Assembly (NCBI GenBank): GCA_963703955.1 | Contig: CAVPGK010000017.1 | Span: 192,001-256,000, forward strand | DNA from: Nitrospirota bacterium | Lineage (GTDB): Bacteria; Nitrospirota; Nitrospiria; Nitrospirales; Nitrospiraceae | DNA length: 64,000 nucleotides | Direction: 5' to 3' | Part shown: piece after piece, positions 41,369 to 52,184 of the stretch | Position numbering within the stretch: the stretch's first letter is position 1 | How the letters are laid out: each line of letters begins with the position of its first letter | Notes under the pieces: model-generated | The model's input: only the letters and a program-made list of their open reading frames with translations | Told to the model about the DNA's origin: nothing | Databases searched by the model: none | Made by a program: the position numbers and the translations under genes

Positions 41369-42618
41369 CGCAACCTCAGGTCGTTATTATCGGCGGAGGG
41401 TTCGGAGGACTCACCGCCGCCCAATCTCTTCGTCGAGCGCCCGTCCGCATTGTCCTTGTCGACCGAACCAATCACCACCTATTTCAGCCACTGCTTTACC
41501 AGGTGGCGACCGCCGCATTATCACCGGGCGATATCGCCTCGCCGTTACGAACGATTCTCCGATCCCAACGGAATGTGCGCGTCGTGATGAATGAAGTCAC
41601 GGCCATCGATCGAACCCGGCGTCAGGTGATCCTTCGGGACGACACCTTGGCCTTTGACTACCTGATCGTTGCACCGGGAACCCGCCATTCGTATTTCGGG
41701 CACGATGAATGGGCGCAGCACGCGCCCGGGTTAAAAACGCTGGCGGATGCCCTCAAGATCCGAGAACAGGTCCTGGTGTCGTTCGAGCAGGCCGAGCGCA
41801 GGCTCAACACGCCGGAGGCCCGCAAGTATCTGACGTTTTGTGTTGTGGGAGGAGGCCCCACCGGCGTGGAGCTCGCCGGCGCGCTCGCGGAGATCGCCTG
41901 CCGGTCGATTGCTCCCGATTTTCCTTCACTGCGACCGGAGCAGATCTCGCTTGTGCTGCTGGAAGCCGGTAGCCGGATTCTGACCGGGTTTCAACCGGAG
42001 CTTTCCGCAAAGGCTCAGCGCTTGTTGGAAGAACTGGGCGTCGAGGTTTGGCTCAATAGCCCGGTCACGGACGTCACTGAGCACGGGGTCCATGCCGGGG
42101 GGATATTCATCGAAACGGTCAATGTGATTTGGGCGCCAGGGAATGTCGCGCCGGTGCTGTTGCGCTCACTTGAGGTCCCGTTGGGTCGTCAAGGGCACGT
42201 ACTTGTCGAAAAGGATCTCTCGATTCCCGGGGATCCCTCTATTTTTGTCATCGGGGATGCGGCCCTGATACTCGATGTGAATGGTCACCCCCTGCCGGCG
42301 CTGGCCCCCGTGGCTATGCAGCAGGCCAAATATGTCGCACGTCTTATCAGTTATCAGGTTCCCTCCGAAGAGAGGGAGGCGTTCCGATACGTGGACCGAG
42401 GCAGGCTCGCCACGATCGGGAAGGCAAAGGCCGTCGCTGAAATCGGGCGATTCCGGACGGCCGGCATGTTCGCGTGGCTAGTATGGTCCGTGGTCCACAT
42501 ATTTTTTCTGATCGGGTTTCGCAATCGCTTCCGCGTTATGTCCGAATGGGTCTGGTACTACCTCACCTTCCGACCCGGCGCGCGGCTGATCTATTCCAGG
42601 ATGCCTCCGGAGGAGTAA
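41365..42618 (+). CDS. ndh: Type II NADH dehydrogenase-like FAD oxidoreductase
   Basis: GGGFGG, HLFQPLLYQVAT, GGGPTGVELAG. Confidence 0.9.
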   Translation: MTQPQVVIIGGGFGGLTAAQSLRRAPVRIVLVDRTNHHLFQPLLYQVATAALSPGDIASPLRTILRSQRNVRVVMNEVTAIDRTRRQVILRDDTLAFDYLIVAPGTRHSYFGHDEWAQHAPGLKTLADALKIREQVLVSFEQAERRLNTPEARKYLTFCVVGGGPTGVELAGALAEIACRSIAPDFPSLRPEQISLVLLEAGSRILTGFQPELSAKAQRLLEELGVEVWLNSPVTDVTEHGVHAGGIFIETVNVIWAPGNVAPVLLRSLEVPLGRQGHVLVEKDLSIPGDPSIFVIGDAALILDVNGHPLPALAPVAMQQAKYVARLISYQVPSEEREAFRYVDRGRLATIGKAKAVAEIGRFRTAGMFAWLVWSVVHIFFLIGFRNRFRVMSEWVWYYLTFRPGARLIYSRMPPEE

Positions 42619-42622
42619 CGGA

Positions 42623-43093
42623 ATGGATCGGCGTCATATTCAAATTGCGCGGTTCCTTGCGCACCTGCTCGACGACTCGATCCGTATTCCCGGCACATCC
42701 TTTCGCATCGGACTCGACCCGCTGATCGGTCTGATCCCGGGGCTCGGCGATGCGATTGCCGGCCTCGGTGGGGCCATCATTCTTCTTTTCGCGGGACGGG
42801 TTCCGAAAATCGTGCTGGTACGGATGGGCTTGAACGTCGTCCTCAATAGTGTGCTCGGGGCGATCCCTGTGGTGGGCGATGTGTTTTCGGTATGGTTCAA
42901 GAGCAATCTCCGGAATGTGGACCTCCTTGAACGTCACAGCACTCTGAATGGGGCTCGACCGTCGACGGCGTCCGACTGGGTGTTTGTTCTTGGGCTCACG
43001 CTGGGAGTCCTGATTCTGATCGCCGGCGCTCTGGCCGCCATCATCTGGTTGATTCACCGAGCATGGCAGATGATGAACGGATCCCTCACATGA
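42623..43093 (+). CDS. DUF4112 family membrane protein
   Basis: LLDDSIRIPGTSFRIGLDPLIGLIPGLGD. Confidence 0.88.
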   Translation: MDRRHIQIARFLAHLLDDSIRIPGTSFRIGLDPLIGLIPGLGDAIAGLGGAIILLFAGRVPKIVLVRMGLNVVLNSVLGAIPVVGDVFSVWFKSNLRNVDLLERHSTLNGARPSTASDWVFVLGLTLGVLILIAGALAAIIWLIHRAWQMMNGSLT

Positions 43094-43437
43094 GTGTCCG
43101 TCGTAGCCTACGGACGCTTCGGAAATGCAGAGAGTCCCTCGTCGTCGGCCCACTCGAGCTTTCGAGCCCGTGATCGCTCCATCAACGATCACAATAATTC
43201 CGTTTCCACCCCCTTTTGGTCACCTTTCTGTCAATCCTGGACAAAGAGATAGGATCCGGCCCTTAGGGTCCAATTCATTTCGAAAAGCCCCGGCCGTGTA
43301 GAGACAGCAGCCTGCCGCAAACAATTGTTTCGCTGCTTGGAGCAGGTGTCTATAATGAAATCACTGTCTGGTATGGGGAAGGCCATTGCGCCTACGCTCG
43401 AGCCTTTGTTACCCTTGCCCGTCCCAAGAGGTAGGTC

Positions 43438-44406
43438 ATGCAGTATCGTCGCCTAGGCAAAACAGGCTTTCAGGTGTCCGAAATCGGGTTCGGGGCGTGG
43501 GGCATCGGAAAGAGCTTCTGGGTCGGAGCCCGCGATCATGAGTCGATCGCTGCCCTGCATGCCGCTGTCGATGCGGGTGTCAACTTCATTGACACAGCGT
43601 TGGTGTATGGGCAGGGTCACAGTGAGTCGCTTGTCGGGCAGGTGGTTCGCGCACGGTCGGAGCGGATCTACGTCGCGACGAAAGTCCCGCCTTTGAACCA
43701 GCACTGGCCGGCCTTTCCGGAGGATCGTTTGCAGGAAACCTTTCCACCTTCCTACATCGTCGACTCAACCGAACAGAGCCTGCGCCATCTGAGACTCGAT
43801 TGCATCGATCTGCAGCAATTGCACGTATGGCGGGATGAATGGGTGGACGATCCGAGTTGGCTTGAGGCGTTTCAGCGGCTAAAGGCCGAAGGAAAGATCA
43901 GGGCAGTCGGCGTTTCGATCAATGACCACGAGCCGGAGACGGCGCTACGCTTGGTGCAAAGCGGGCTTATTGATACCGTCCAGGTGATTTTCAATGTGTT
44001 TGATCAGTCACCGACTCACGCATTATTCCCGGCGTGCCTCAAGCACGAGGTTGGAATCCTAGCGCGATGTCCGTTTGATGAAGGCGGTCTCACCGGTTCG
44101 ATCACTCCTCAGGTCACATTTCCGGAAGGAGACTGGCGGAACGATTACTTCCGGGACGATCGGAAGGCTCAGGTGGCCGACCGGGTGGAGGCCCTTGCCA
44201 CGCTTCTAGGTGAGGAAGCGCCCACGCTGCCGGAATTAGCGCTTCGGTTCTGCCTGGCCCATCCTGCCGTAAGCACCGTCATTCCGGGGATGCGGACGCG
44301 AGAGCATGTACGTGAGAATGTGATGGTCTCCGATGGACGCCGGCTCAGTGACGGTCTCTTGGCGGCGCTGAGCCGCCATACGTGGCAAAGAAATTTTTAC
44401 GATTAA
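43438..44406 (+). CDS. Aldo/keto reductase
   Basis: YRRLGKTG, FIDTALVYG, GKIRAVGVS, TVIPG. Confidence 0.94.
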   Translation: MQYRRLGKTGFQVSEIGFGAWGIGKSFWVGARDHESIAALHAAVDAGVNFIDTALVYGQGHSESLVGQVVRARSERIYVATKVPPLNQHWPAFPEDRLQETFPPSYIVDSTEQSLRHLRLDCIDLQQLHVWRDEWVDDPSWLEAFQRLKAEGKIRAVGVSINDHEPETALRLVQSGLIDTVQVIFNVFDQSPTHALFPACLKHEVGILARCPFDEGGLTGSITPQVTFPEGDWRNDYFRDDRKAQVADRVEALATLLGEEAPTLPELALRFCLAHPAVSTVIPGMRTREHVRENVMVSDGRRLSDGLLAALSRHTWQRNFYD

Positions 44407-44428
44407 TCTCACAGTCGCGAACTGACTT

Positions 44429-45532
44429 ATGGAGGACGCTGCCCCAGACGCGAAAGCGGCTCGGAAGGGGAAGAGGCGATCACTAAAGGCCGGACTACCC
44501 CCCGGCACGCTTGTCCACATCGGCGAGCAGAAGACCGAAAAAGTACGCCTGACATTGATGCAATTTAATGAGGTCGGCTGCGGCGAACATGAATTGAAGA
44601 CCATCGAGGACGTCCTCTCGACTTTGTCCGCAACGGAGCCCGGAATGGTGACATGGCTGGATGTCGGCGGTATTCATGACCTGACCATGATTGAGCGACT
44701 CGGCGCGTTCTATCATTTGCACCCCTTGCTCCTCGAGGACATTGTCAACACCGAGCAGCGACCGAAGGCGGAAGACTACGGCGACTTCGGTTATATTGTT
44801 CTAAAAATGCTCTATTGCGGCGCCGCGCGCACGACGATCTACACGGAACAGGTCAGTGTGGTGTACGGGACCCGCCTCGTGCTGTCCTTCCAAGAGAATG
44901 GAGGCGATGTGTTTTCGCCTATCCGGGAGCGGCTGCGAACCGGCAAGGGACGCCTTCGCCAGTCGAGCGCCGATTACCTCTTGTATTCTTTGGTCGATGC
45001 CATCATCGACAGCTACTTTGCCGTGCTGGAGGTCTTGGGAGAGAGAAGTGAGCAGGTGGAAGAACGGTTGTTAGCTGACCCAAGACAACAAACGCTTCGG
45101 GAGATTTATGCGCTGAAGCGGGAACTGTTGTTCGTGCGCCGGGCCGTGTGGCCTTTGCGCGAGGTCATGAGCAACGTTCAGCGGGGAGACTCTCGGTTGA
45201 TCGCTGACGGCACCCGGCCGTATTTCCGGGATGTCTATGATCACACGATCCAAGTCATCGATACGGTGGAGGCCTTGCGGGACATGGCGGCTAGTATGCT
45301 GGACATTTATCTTTCCAGCATCAGCAACCGGATGACCTCAGTGATGAAAGTCCTGGCGGTCATTACCACCATCTTCATGCCGCTGACCTTCATCGCCGGA
45401 ATATACGGGATGAACTTCAAGTACATGCCGGAACTCGACTGGCAGTGGGGCTATCCACTCGTGCTGTTTGCCATGGGTGTTATCGGAGCGTTCATGGCGC
45501 TGTATTTCAAGAGAAAGAAATGGTTGGAGTGA
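44429..45532 (+). CDS. corA: Magnesium/cobalt transporter CorA
   Basis: PPGTL, QRPKAEDY, YGMNF.YMPEL. Confidence 0.96.
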   Translation: MEDAAPDAKAARKGKRRSLKAGLPPGTLVHIGEQKTEKVRLTLMQFNEVGCGEHELKTIEDVLSTLSATEPGMVTWLDVGGIHDLTMIERLGAFYHLHPLLLEDIVNTEQRPKAEDYGDFGYIVLKMLYCGAARTTIYTEQVSVVYGTRLVLSFQENGGDVFSPIRERLRTGKGRLRQSSADYLLYSLVDAIIDSYFAVLEVLGERSEQVEERLLADPRQQTLREIYALKRELLFVRRAVWPLREVMSNVQRGDSRLIADGTRPYFRDVYDHTIQVIDTVEALRDMAASMLDIYLSSISNRMTSVMKVLAVITTIFMPLTFIAGIYGMNFKYMPELDWQWGYPLVLFAMGVIGAFMALYFKRKKWLE

Positions 45533-45802
45533 TATCGTTCTGCTGCGGTTCTCCTACGAATCCCTACTCCTTCGACTGACACGCAAGACTACGGCTCCCC
45601 GGACAGCTTATCCCACCTGGGACAATGTGTTATTCGCACGATCTCATGCGCGTGAGTGAAGTTATTTCACTTCAGCTCTCCGACGATCGACAAGGCGCTC
45701 TCGTAGTCTCTTCTCCCAAGCTGAGGCGTTAGGCGTAGCGAAACGTGGCTCAGTTTATCTGCCGGGAAAGCGCGACTCTACGGCACCCCTTGTTTATCCT
45801 AC

Positions 45803-45817
45803 CGGCACACCCTTTGC
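45803..45817 (+). promoter_or_regulatory. Sigma-54 promoter
   Basis: CGGCACACCCTTTGC, close to the TGGCAC-N5-TTGC consensus. Confidence 0.6.
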
Positions 45818-45942
45818 TTGATTCTCACCGGAGAGTCGCAACAACTCGTCAATAGAATAGAGAATAGTATTGGCAACTAACTCAGCCATTGTCGACTGAC
45901 TTGGCGAAAGAGCGATCGAACAATGAAAGGAGGAGATTTTCA

Positions 45943-46542
45943 ATGCGCCACCATAAATCGTCTAAGGCAACAGTGCCGCTCTTGTTCTTGCTGGCCGGCG
46001 CGGTCTCGTTGCCGTTCCACTCACGCCTTCACCGGGTGAAGCCTTGAATATTTTTGAGGACATTGACTCGGGCTTGCTCTCGATTGGAGGTCGCGCGACG
46101 TATTACGATCCACATGACGCGAATGGCGATTGGTATGGAGGCGCTCAGGTTCGCCTGTACTTGTTCGAGTATCTAGCCTTTGAAGGGTCGGCTGACTACC
46201 GGCAAAATGATTTCGACAGCACTCGCGTGCGCAGCTATCCAGTCCAAGTGTCGGCGCTCATCTATCCATTCGGAACCCGACGTCTCAGTCCATTTCTCCT
46301 AGGCGGCGGAGGATGGTACTACACGAACGTGGATGGGCCAAGCGGAAGCGATACCCAAAATCGATTTGGCGCTCACGCGGGCGGGCGGGCTTCAATTCTG
46401 GATCACCAATCGTGTTTCAGTCGACAGCACCTATCGGTACATTTGGCTGGAAAAAGTCGAATCCCAAAATCAGAACATCCAGGATAAGAAGTTCAATGAC
46501 AACGGTCATATGGTCACGATCGGTCTGAACTTCCACTTCTAG
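45943..46542 (+). CDS. Outer membrane beta-barrel protein, frameshifted near 46015 and 46385
   Basis: SD AGGAGG; signal peptide, barrel and terminal GLNFHF spread over three frames. Confidence 0.75.
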
Positions 46543-46562
46543 AGAAGAGCGGCGATCGCGTG

Positions 46563-46601
46563 ATGCGACGGGGATCCGGCCCCCCGGATCCCCGTCGTCA
46601 T
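46563..46601. terminator. Stable hairpin / terminator
   Basis: CGACGGGGATCCGG-loop-CCGGATCCCCGTCG. Confidence 0.6.
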
Positions 46602-46638
46602 ATTTCCGCCCTTTGTCCTGCTTCTACCGTCTGCTACA

Positions 46639-47091
46639 ATGCCGCGCATGAAAAAGTTCGTAGCCTTGATTTTGCTGATGCTCTGCTCTGCGATCGTTCA
46701 GTCAGCGCCGCCCCAAACCGATTCCGCCAAGCGCCTGTACGACCGCGTGATGAAGGAGTTCCAGGACAAAGACTATGAGGCGGCCCTTGCAGGGTTTCGA
46801 TTTTTTCTGGCTCTGCATGGGAAATCCTCGCTCGCTTCGAGTGCGCAGTATTGGGTCGGCGAATGCGAGTTTCGTCTAGGACGCTATCAGGACGCGATGC
46901 AATCCTTCGAGCTGGTGCTCGCGCGCTACCCTTCGAGCCCCAAAGTAGCCGCTGCGACGTTGAAGAAAGCGCTGACATACGAGAAGCTCGGCCAGGTTCA
47001 CGAATCTCGCATTCTGCTGGAGCGCATCATGTTGGATTTTCCGGACACACAGGAAGCGGAGCTGGCGAGAAAAGCCCTCAAGCGCCCGTAG
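46639..47091 (+). CDS. CpoB/YbgF-like TPR protein
   Basis: Signal peptide, AQYWVGECEF, FPDTQEAELA. Confidence 0.88.
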   Translation: MPRMKKFVALILLMLCSAIVQSAPPQTDSAKRLYDRVMKEFQDKDYEAALAGFRFFLALHGKSSLASSAQYWVGECEFRLGRYQDAMQSFELVLARYPSSPKVAAATLKKALTYEKLGQVHESRILLERIMLDFPDTQEAELARKALKRP

Positions 47092-47101
47092 GAGCAACCA
47101 C

Positions 47102-47638
47102 CTAGTCGATCGGTTCGATATCCAACAGGGCTGCCATCTCCGGAACAGATGCGGTTTGCTGAGGGGAGACTCTCACGATCTCGATGCCAGCCATCTTCAG
47201 GACCTCGTCAATCAATCGATTTCTGGTCTGCCGCTGCGAATGCGCTTGTGCCGGATCTTCCAATTCAACGACTTTGACGACCGCCAGCGTTCCGGGATGG
47301 ACCAGGACAAAGTCCACGCGCTTGAGTGCGATCTGATTCAGGAACGCCTGTCTGGCCTTTGAATCGGTCGATGTCACGTCGACCAGACACCAGATTGGGA
47401 TTTGCGAAAAGATCAAATAAGTGTCCTCCGCCGCGAGACGAAGGAGATTGTAAAATGAGGCTTCTGCTTGAGTCATCAAGGGCTGCCGTGCGACGGAAAT
47501 TCCGGAAGGGATGACCGATTCACGGCCGGGTAGGGCGTCGGCTCGTCGGCTCGTCACGACCTTTCCAATCCAGAACGCGAGAAGAATGGTCGCGATGACG
47601 ACGACCAGGATCGGGATCGTTGCTTCTTGCAGCATCAA
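47102..47638 (-). CDS. DUF2726 family protein
   Basis: PLMTQAEASFY, KRVDFVLV, VVELED. Confidence 0.82.
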   Translation of the reverse strand: MMLQEATIPILVVVIATILLAFWIGKVVTSRRADALPGRESVIPSGISVARQPLMTQAEASFYNLLRLAAEDTYLIFSQIPIWCLVDVTSTDSKARQAFLNQIALKRVDFVLVHPGTLAVVKVVELEDPAQAHSQRQTRNRLIDEVLKMAGIEIVRVSPQQTASVPEMAALLDIEPID

Positions 47639-47651
47639 CCCCCCACGATCG

Positions 47652-48845
47652 TCATCGGCGACCCGAGTTCCATCGTCCAGGGATGATCTTGCCTAGGACG
47701 ACCGGATGGACCGCGCCGGTAACCGACGGCACGTTCCCGCATTCTCCGCGCACTGTCTGGTAGGCGAGAACCGCAAATGCGATCGCCTCAAACCCCTTGC
47801 TCTCCCAGCCGAGATCGTCCAACCGTTTCACCGACGCGGGCTCGAAGACCGCGGCCAGGTCCGCCATCAAGGTTCGATTCAACGCGCCTCCGCCGCCGAC
47901 AATCACTTCGTCGACGGCTCCCTGAAGCCAGCGCCGGGCTCCGCCGACCGACATCGCTGTAAAGAGTGCGGCCGTCGCAAGCAAGTCCTGAGGGCGATCC
48001 TGTTCTCGCCCTCTCGACAACACCTGGGCCAGGAATTTCTCTCCGAACTCTTCGCGGCCGGTCGATTTCGGCGGCCGCTGGCGCAGGAACGGATGGGCCA
48101 GGAGTTTCTGTAGCAACCGGGGGTTCGCGACGCCCTGGCTTGCCATCCGGCCTCCACGATCCATGGACAGGCGACCTGCGGACAGTCGGTGCATGAGCGC
48201 ATCGAGCACCATGTTTCCTGGACCCGTATCAAAGGCGCGAACGGCATTTAGGCTGCCGCCAGCCGGAAGATAGGTGACGTTGCCGATCCCTCCGAGGTTG
48301 ACGATCAAACGCGAGCGACTCGGGTGCCGAAGGAGCACGTGATGAACATACGGCGTCAAGGGCGCGCCCTGACCGCCAGCGGCGACATCCCGCGGGCGAA
48401 AATCGGCCACGGTCGTAATGCCGGTCCGCTCTGCGATGATCGAGGGCTCAGCGATTTGAAGTGTGGAACGGATTCGGCCGAGGCCCGCCTCGGGCGTCGG
48501 GGTCGGCAGGTGATGAATGGTTTGCCCGTGCGAGCCGATCAGATCGACTTGCGATGAGTTGAGACCGACGTGTGTGATGATTCGAAGCGCCGCACGCGCG
48601 AACCATTCGCCGAGCACCGCGTTGAGATGGCACACATCGGTAACGGTGCCTTTGACAGCAGCAGCAAGAATCCGCTCTCGCAACCTTCGCGGATAGGGGT
48701 AAGCCCGAAACGCGAGCGGGCTCACATGTAGGTCATGACCGGTTCCGCTGATCCGCACGACCGCTGCATCCACCCCATCCCCAGATGTCCCCGACATCAA
48801 CCCGACCACGGTCATGCGGCTCTTCTTAGCGGCGCGCCTGTTCAT
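47652..48845 (-). CDS. anmK: Anhydro-N-acetylmuramic acid kinase
   Basis: GLMSGTSGDG, GSHGQT, GGQGAPL, NLGGIGN, FDTGPGN. Confidence 0.96.
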   Translation of the reverse strand: MNRRAAKKSRMTVVGLMSGTSGDGVDAAVVRISGTGHDLHVSPLAFRAYPYPRRLRERILAAAVKGTVTDVCHLNAVLGEWFARAALRIITHVGLNSSQVDLIGSHGQTIHHLPTPTPEAGLGRIRSTLQIAEPSIIAERTGITTVADFRPRDVAAGGQGAPLTPYVHHVLLRHPSRSRLIVNLGGIGNVTYLPAGGSLNAVRAFDTGPGNMVLDALMHRLSAGRLSMDRGGRMASQGVANPRLLQKLLAHPFLRQRPPKSTGREEFGEKFLAQVLSRGREQDRPQDLLATAALFTAMSVGGARRWLQGAVDEVIVGGGGALNRTLMADLAAVFEPASVKRLDDLGWESKGFEAIAFAVLAYQTVRGECGNVPSVTGAVHPVVLGKIIPGRWNSGRR

Positions 48846-48989
48846 CGAGAGGTTCTCTTTGCCAAGTGATCCCGGTGAAGAAGCGCGGGTACGCTATCCG
48901 AAGTCATGACACGGGGTCAAGCGCTCTTCTTTCTGTGTCCCTAAGCGGGTGTGGCTGGCATGGGTGCGACTGCGCGCGTCCCGCGGAAG

Positions 48990-49075
48990 AGAGCGCGTCC
49001 TGGCGCGCTTGGGGAGGGCGGGAGAGATGGCGCGCCTGGGGCGTGGTGGGTGAGAACAGCGCGGTGCTCGAGCAA
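48990..49075. repeat. GC-rich interspersed repeat module
   Basis: CGCGTCCTGGCGCGCTTGGGGAGGGCGGG matches 55020-55060 and the reverse complement of 52039-52080. Confidence 0.6.
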
Positions 49076-49130
49076 GCCGACCATGCCAGCCACCCCCGCT
49101 CCCTCCGTTCGTTGACTTTCCAAAATCGCG

Positions 49131-50087
49131 ATGTTACGGTCCCGCCCCATGCATCTTCGAATCGTCTCACTAGCAATCTTACCGACCGTCGGATCTATGC
49201 TGGCGTTGAGCGCCGTCGATCCCGCATCAGCCGAACCCCGAAAGCCGGTCGGTCCGATCAGCGTGGTAGCCACCATTCCTGTACTGAAGGATTTTGCCGA
49301 TCATATCGGCGGTCGGCACGTTCGCGTCATCTCGCTGCTGTCGGGATCGGAAAACGAGCATACCTATTCACCGAAGCCGAGCGATGTCGTGGCGATCAGG
49401 AATGCGCGGGTGCTGCTCGAAGTCGGGGTGGGTCTGGAGGTCTGGGTCACGGCTCTCGTGAAGGGCGCCGGGAATGCGACCCTTCGCGTTGTGACGACCT
49501 CCAAGGGCATTGCGTTGATCCGTGAGTACGAACCGGATGGTGCGAACCGGAGCATCCAAGAGAGCCATCACACCGGCAATCCACATGTCTGGCTGGACCC
49601 GGAGAACGCCAAAGTTATGATGCGGCATATTACCGAAGCGTTCATCAAGGTTGATCCAGGTCACGCGTCCGACTATCGCGAGAACCAGGCCGCTTACCTG
49701 CGGCAGCTCGACCAACTCCAGGCGGAACTGATCGAGCGTCTTCGGACGGTGACGGACCGACGGATCATCGTTCATCATCCGGCATGGCCGTATTTCGCCC
49801 GGCGATTCGGCTTCCGGATTGCCGATGAAATCGTGACGCAAGCCGGCGCGGAGCCATCGGCCAATCACCTGCACGCGCTGATCAGCCGCATTCAGAAGGA
49901 CCGCATCCGCGTTATCGTGTCGGAGCCCCAGTTGAACCAAAAGATCCCCGAGGTGCTGGCGCGCGAGACGGGCGCTCGGATCGTCGTGCTCACCCCGCTC
50001 CCGGGCGGGCTCCCGGGAACGGAGACCTATCTCGATATGCTTCGGTATGATGTCTTACAATTGGCCAAAGCCCTCGAAACGTCTTAG
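49131..50087 (+). CDS. znuA: Zn/Mn ABC transporter substrate-binding protein
   Basis: NEHTYSPKP, NPHVWLDP, HHPAWPYFA; metal specificity not determined. Confidence 0.88.
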   Translation: MLRSRPMHLRIVSLAILPTVGSMLALSAVDPASAEPRKPVGPISVVATIPVLKDFADHIGGRHVRVISLLSGSENEHTYSPKPSDVVAIRNARVLLEVGVGLEVWVTALVKGAGNATLRVVTTSKGIALIREYEPDGANRSIQESHHTGNPHVWLDPENAKVMMRHITEAFIKVDPGHASDYRENQAAYLRQLDQLQAELIERLRTVTDRRIIVHHPAWPYFARRFGFRIADEIVTQAGAEPSANHLHALISRIQKDRIRVIVSEPQLNQKIPEVLARETGARIVVLTPLPGGLPGTETYLDMLRYDVLQLAKALETS

Positions 50088-50180
50088 CAGAATGTCACAC
50101 GTCGTCATGTCTACGACTCCGAGCATTCGGCGACCTTAGGACCTTTAGACTTGAAGACATTAGGACCTGGTATTCAGGCC

Positions 50181-50963
50181 ATGGTACGCCCAATCATTCG
50201 GTTCTCCCACGCTTCGTTCGGATTCCCAGGGGTCATCGCGCTGCAAGACATCTCCCTCGAGATCGCCGAAGGAGAGTTCATCGGCGTCATCGGTCCGAAC
50301 GGGTCCGGCAAGACCACACTGTGCCGTGCGGTGCTGGGACTCATGCCTCCTCTCAGAGGAAGCTTGCAGATTTTCGACTGTGCCTGCGAGAAGCTCCAGT
50401 GCTTCCATCGGGCGAAGATCGGATACCTTCCGCAGAAAGGTACGCTCGACAAACACTTTCCGATCACCGTGCTGGAGACCGTCATGATGGGACGGTCGGG
50501 GGTCTTGGGCCTGTTTAAGCGACCCGGCAGGCCGGATCGCGACCTTGCGCGGGAGGCCCTCTCCCACGTCGGGATGCTCGACCATGAAAACACGGCCTTA
50601 GGGCAATTGTCCGGCGGGCAGCAGCAGCGGGTGTTCATTGCACGGGCGTTGGCGCAGCAGCCACAGGTGTTGCTGCTCGATGAGCCGACGACCGGGATCG
50701 ATATCGTCACCCAGCACAGCGTGCTCGATTTGATCCAGCGCTTGCACCGCGATCTGGGGCTGACGGTTCTCCTGATCACGCATGACATCAATATGATTCG
50801 GGCCCACGTCGATCGGCTGGTCCTGCTTAAGACGAAACTCTTTGCGGCCGGGCCGCCCGAGGATGTCCTCAAGCCGGATATCCTCCAGCAGGTCTACGGA
50901 AAGGAACTGGTGATCACAGAGAAAGATCTGATCATTGTCGAGGATTACCATCACCACACGTAG
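50181..50963 (+). CDS. znuC: Zn/Mn ABC transporter ATPase
   Basis: GPNGSGKT, LSGGQQQR, LLDEPTTG. Confidence 0.9.
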   Translation: MVRPIIRFSHASFGFPGVIALQDISLEIAEGEFIGVIGPNGSGKTTLCRAVLGLMPPLRGSLQIFDCACEKLQCFHRAKIGYLPQKGTLDKHFPITVLETVMMGRSGVLGLFKRPGRPDRDLAREALSHVGMLDHENTALGQLSGGQQQRVFIARALAQQPQVLLLDEPTTGIDIVTQHSVLDLIQRLHRDLGLTVLLITHDINMIRAHVDRLVLLKTKLFAAGPPEDVLKPDILQQVYGKELVITEKDLIIVEDYHHHT

Positions 50964-51088
50964 CAGACGCTGAAACAGGCCCCCAGCTTCGTTCTCAGTC
51001 GCGCGTACCACTCAACGTACTTGTCCAGTACGCCACGTGGTTCGCGCATCCCTGCGGCCTCGCTGGATCGCCTGTTTGAGCATCTGCT
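50962..51088. mobile_element. MITE-like element, copy 2
   Basis: TIRs AGCAGACGCTGAAACAGGC / GCCTGTTTGAGCATCTGCT (17/19); lies between znuC and znuB. Confidence 0.75.
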
Positions 51089-51101
51089 TGGCGACTTAAG
51101 C

Positions 51102-51920
51102 ATGCTTGAGATGCTTTCATATGACTTTATGCAGCGGTCGTTGATGGCCGCGGGGCTGGTGGGCGCGCTGTGCTCGGTGATCGGCGTGTTTGTCGTGCTG
51201 CGGGGGCTGGCCTTTGTCGGAGCCGGAACCGCGCATGCCGCCTTCGCCGGGGTTGCGCTTGCTTATTTGGTCGGATGGCCGCCGCTTCTGCTGGCGATCG
51301 TGTTCGGCTTAGCCACGGTCTGGACGACCGGCCTGATGGAGGAACAAGGGCGAATGAAGTTGGACGTGTCGATCGGTATTCTCTATACGGCCACCATGGC
51401 GCTCGCTATTCTCTTCATCGGCTTGATGAAGACGTACAATGCCGAGGTCTACGGCTATCTGTTCGGGAGCGTCCTCTCGGTCACGCCGGAGGAACTGCGC
51501 GTGGTGCTGGTGTTGAGCTTGGTAGTACTCGGCGTGATCGTGCTCTTTTCCAAAGAACTTTACTTCATCGCCTTCGATCAGGAGATGGCCGAAGCCTCAG
51601 GCGTGCCGGCGCGAAAGATTTTCTATCTCTTACTGACGCTCGTGGCGCTGACGACGGTCGTGTCCCTGAAAACGGTCGGCGCCATCTTAGTCTTTGCCAT
51701 GGTATTAATCCCAGCGTCCACGGCCTATCAACTTACCCACAGCCTCAGCCATATGACAGCCTATTCCGTGGTCATCGGCACCACCTGCGCCATCGCCGGC
51801 GTCCTGCTCTCCTATCTCTGGGACGTGCCCACCGGTCCGGCGATTGTACTGCTGGCCACTGTGGTTTTCTTCTTGTCGGTGTTGCTCTCACCCAAGCGTC
51901 TGAGGCGGGCGCAGGTCTAA
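51102..51920 (+). CDS. znuB: Zn/Mn ABC transporter permease
   Basis: IGVFVVLRG, YLFGSVL, AFDQEMA, VGAILV. Confidence 0.9.
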   Translation: MLEMLSYDFMQRSLMAAGLVGALCSVIGVFVVLRGLAFVGAGTAHAAFAGVALAYLVGWPPLLLAIVFGLATVWTTGLMEEQGRMKLDVSIGILYTATMALAILFIGLMKTYNAEVYGYLFGSVLSVTPEELRVVLVLSLVVLGVIVLFSKELYFIAFDQEMAEASGVPARKIFYLLLTLVALTTVVSLKTVGAILVFAMVLIPASTAYQLTHSLSHMTAYSVVIGTTCAIAGVLLSYLWDVPTGPAIVLLATVVFFLSVLLSPKRLRRAQV

Positions 51921-52015
51921 AGCAAAGAATGAGCGGCAAGTCCATGGGAAGAACCAACCAAGGGCAAAACACTGCAGGTAAGGATGCTCTGAAGGCCTGT
52001 CGCAGAATCTGGGAT

Positions 52016-52184
52016 GGCTGCTCAAAACGGCCCGATCACACCCGCCCACCCCAGGCGCGCCAAGACGCGCCCCTTCCCACGCAACAAGGCCGCACGGAGC
52101 GAGGACCCCGAGGCGTACAGTGTGAGTACGTCGAGGGGGACTCGCGACTGAGAACGCAGCTGGAAGCCGTTTTCAGCAGCCTGC
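52016..52184. mobile_element. MITE-like element, copy 3 (reverse orientation)
   Basis: GGCTGCTCAAAACGG / CCGTTTTCAGCAGCC TIRs; internal GAGAACGCAGCTGG and CAAGGCCGCA match copies 1 and 2 in reverse. Confidence 0.75.
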
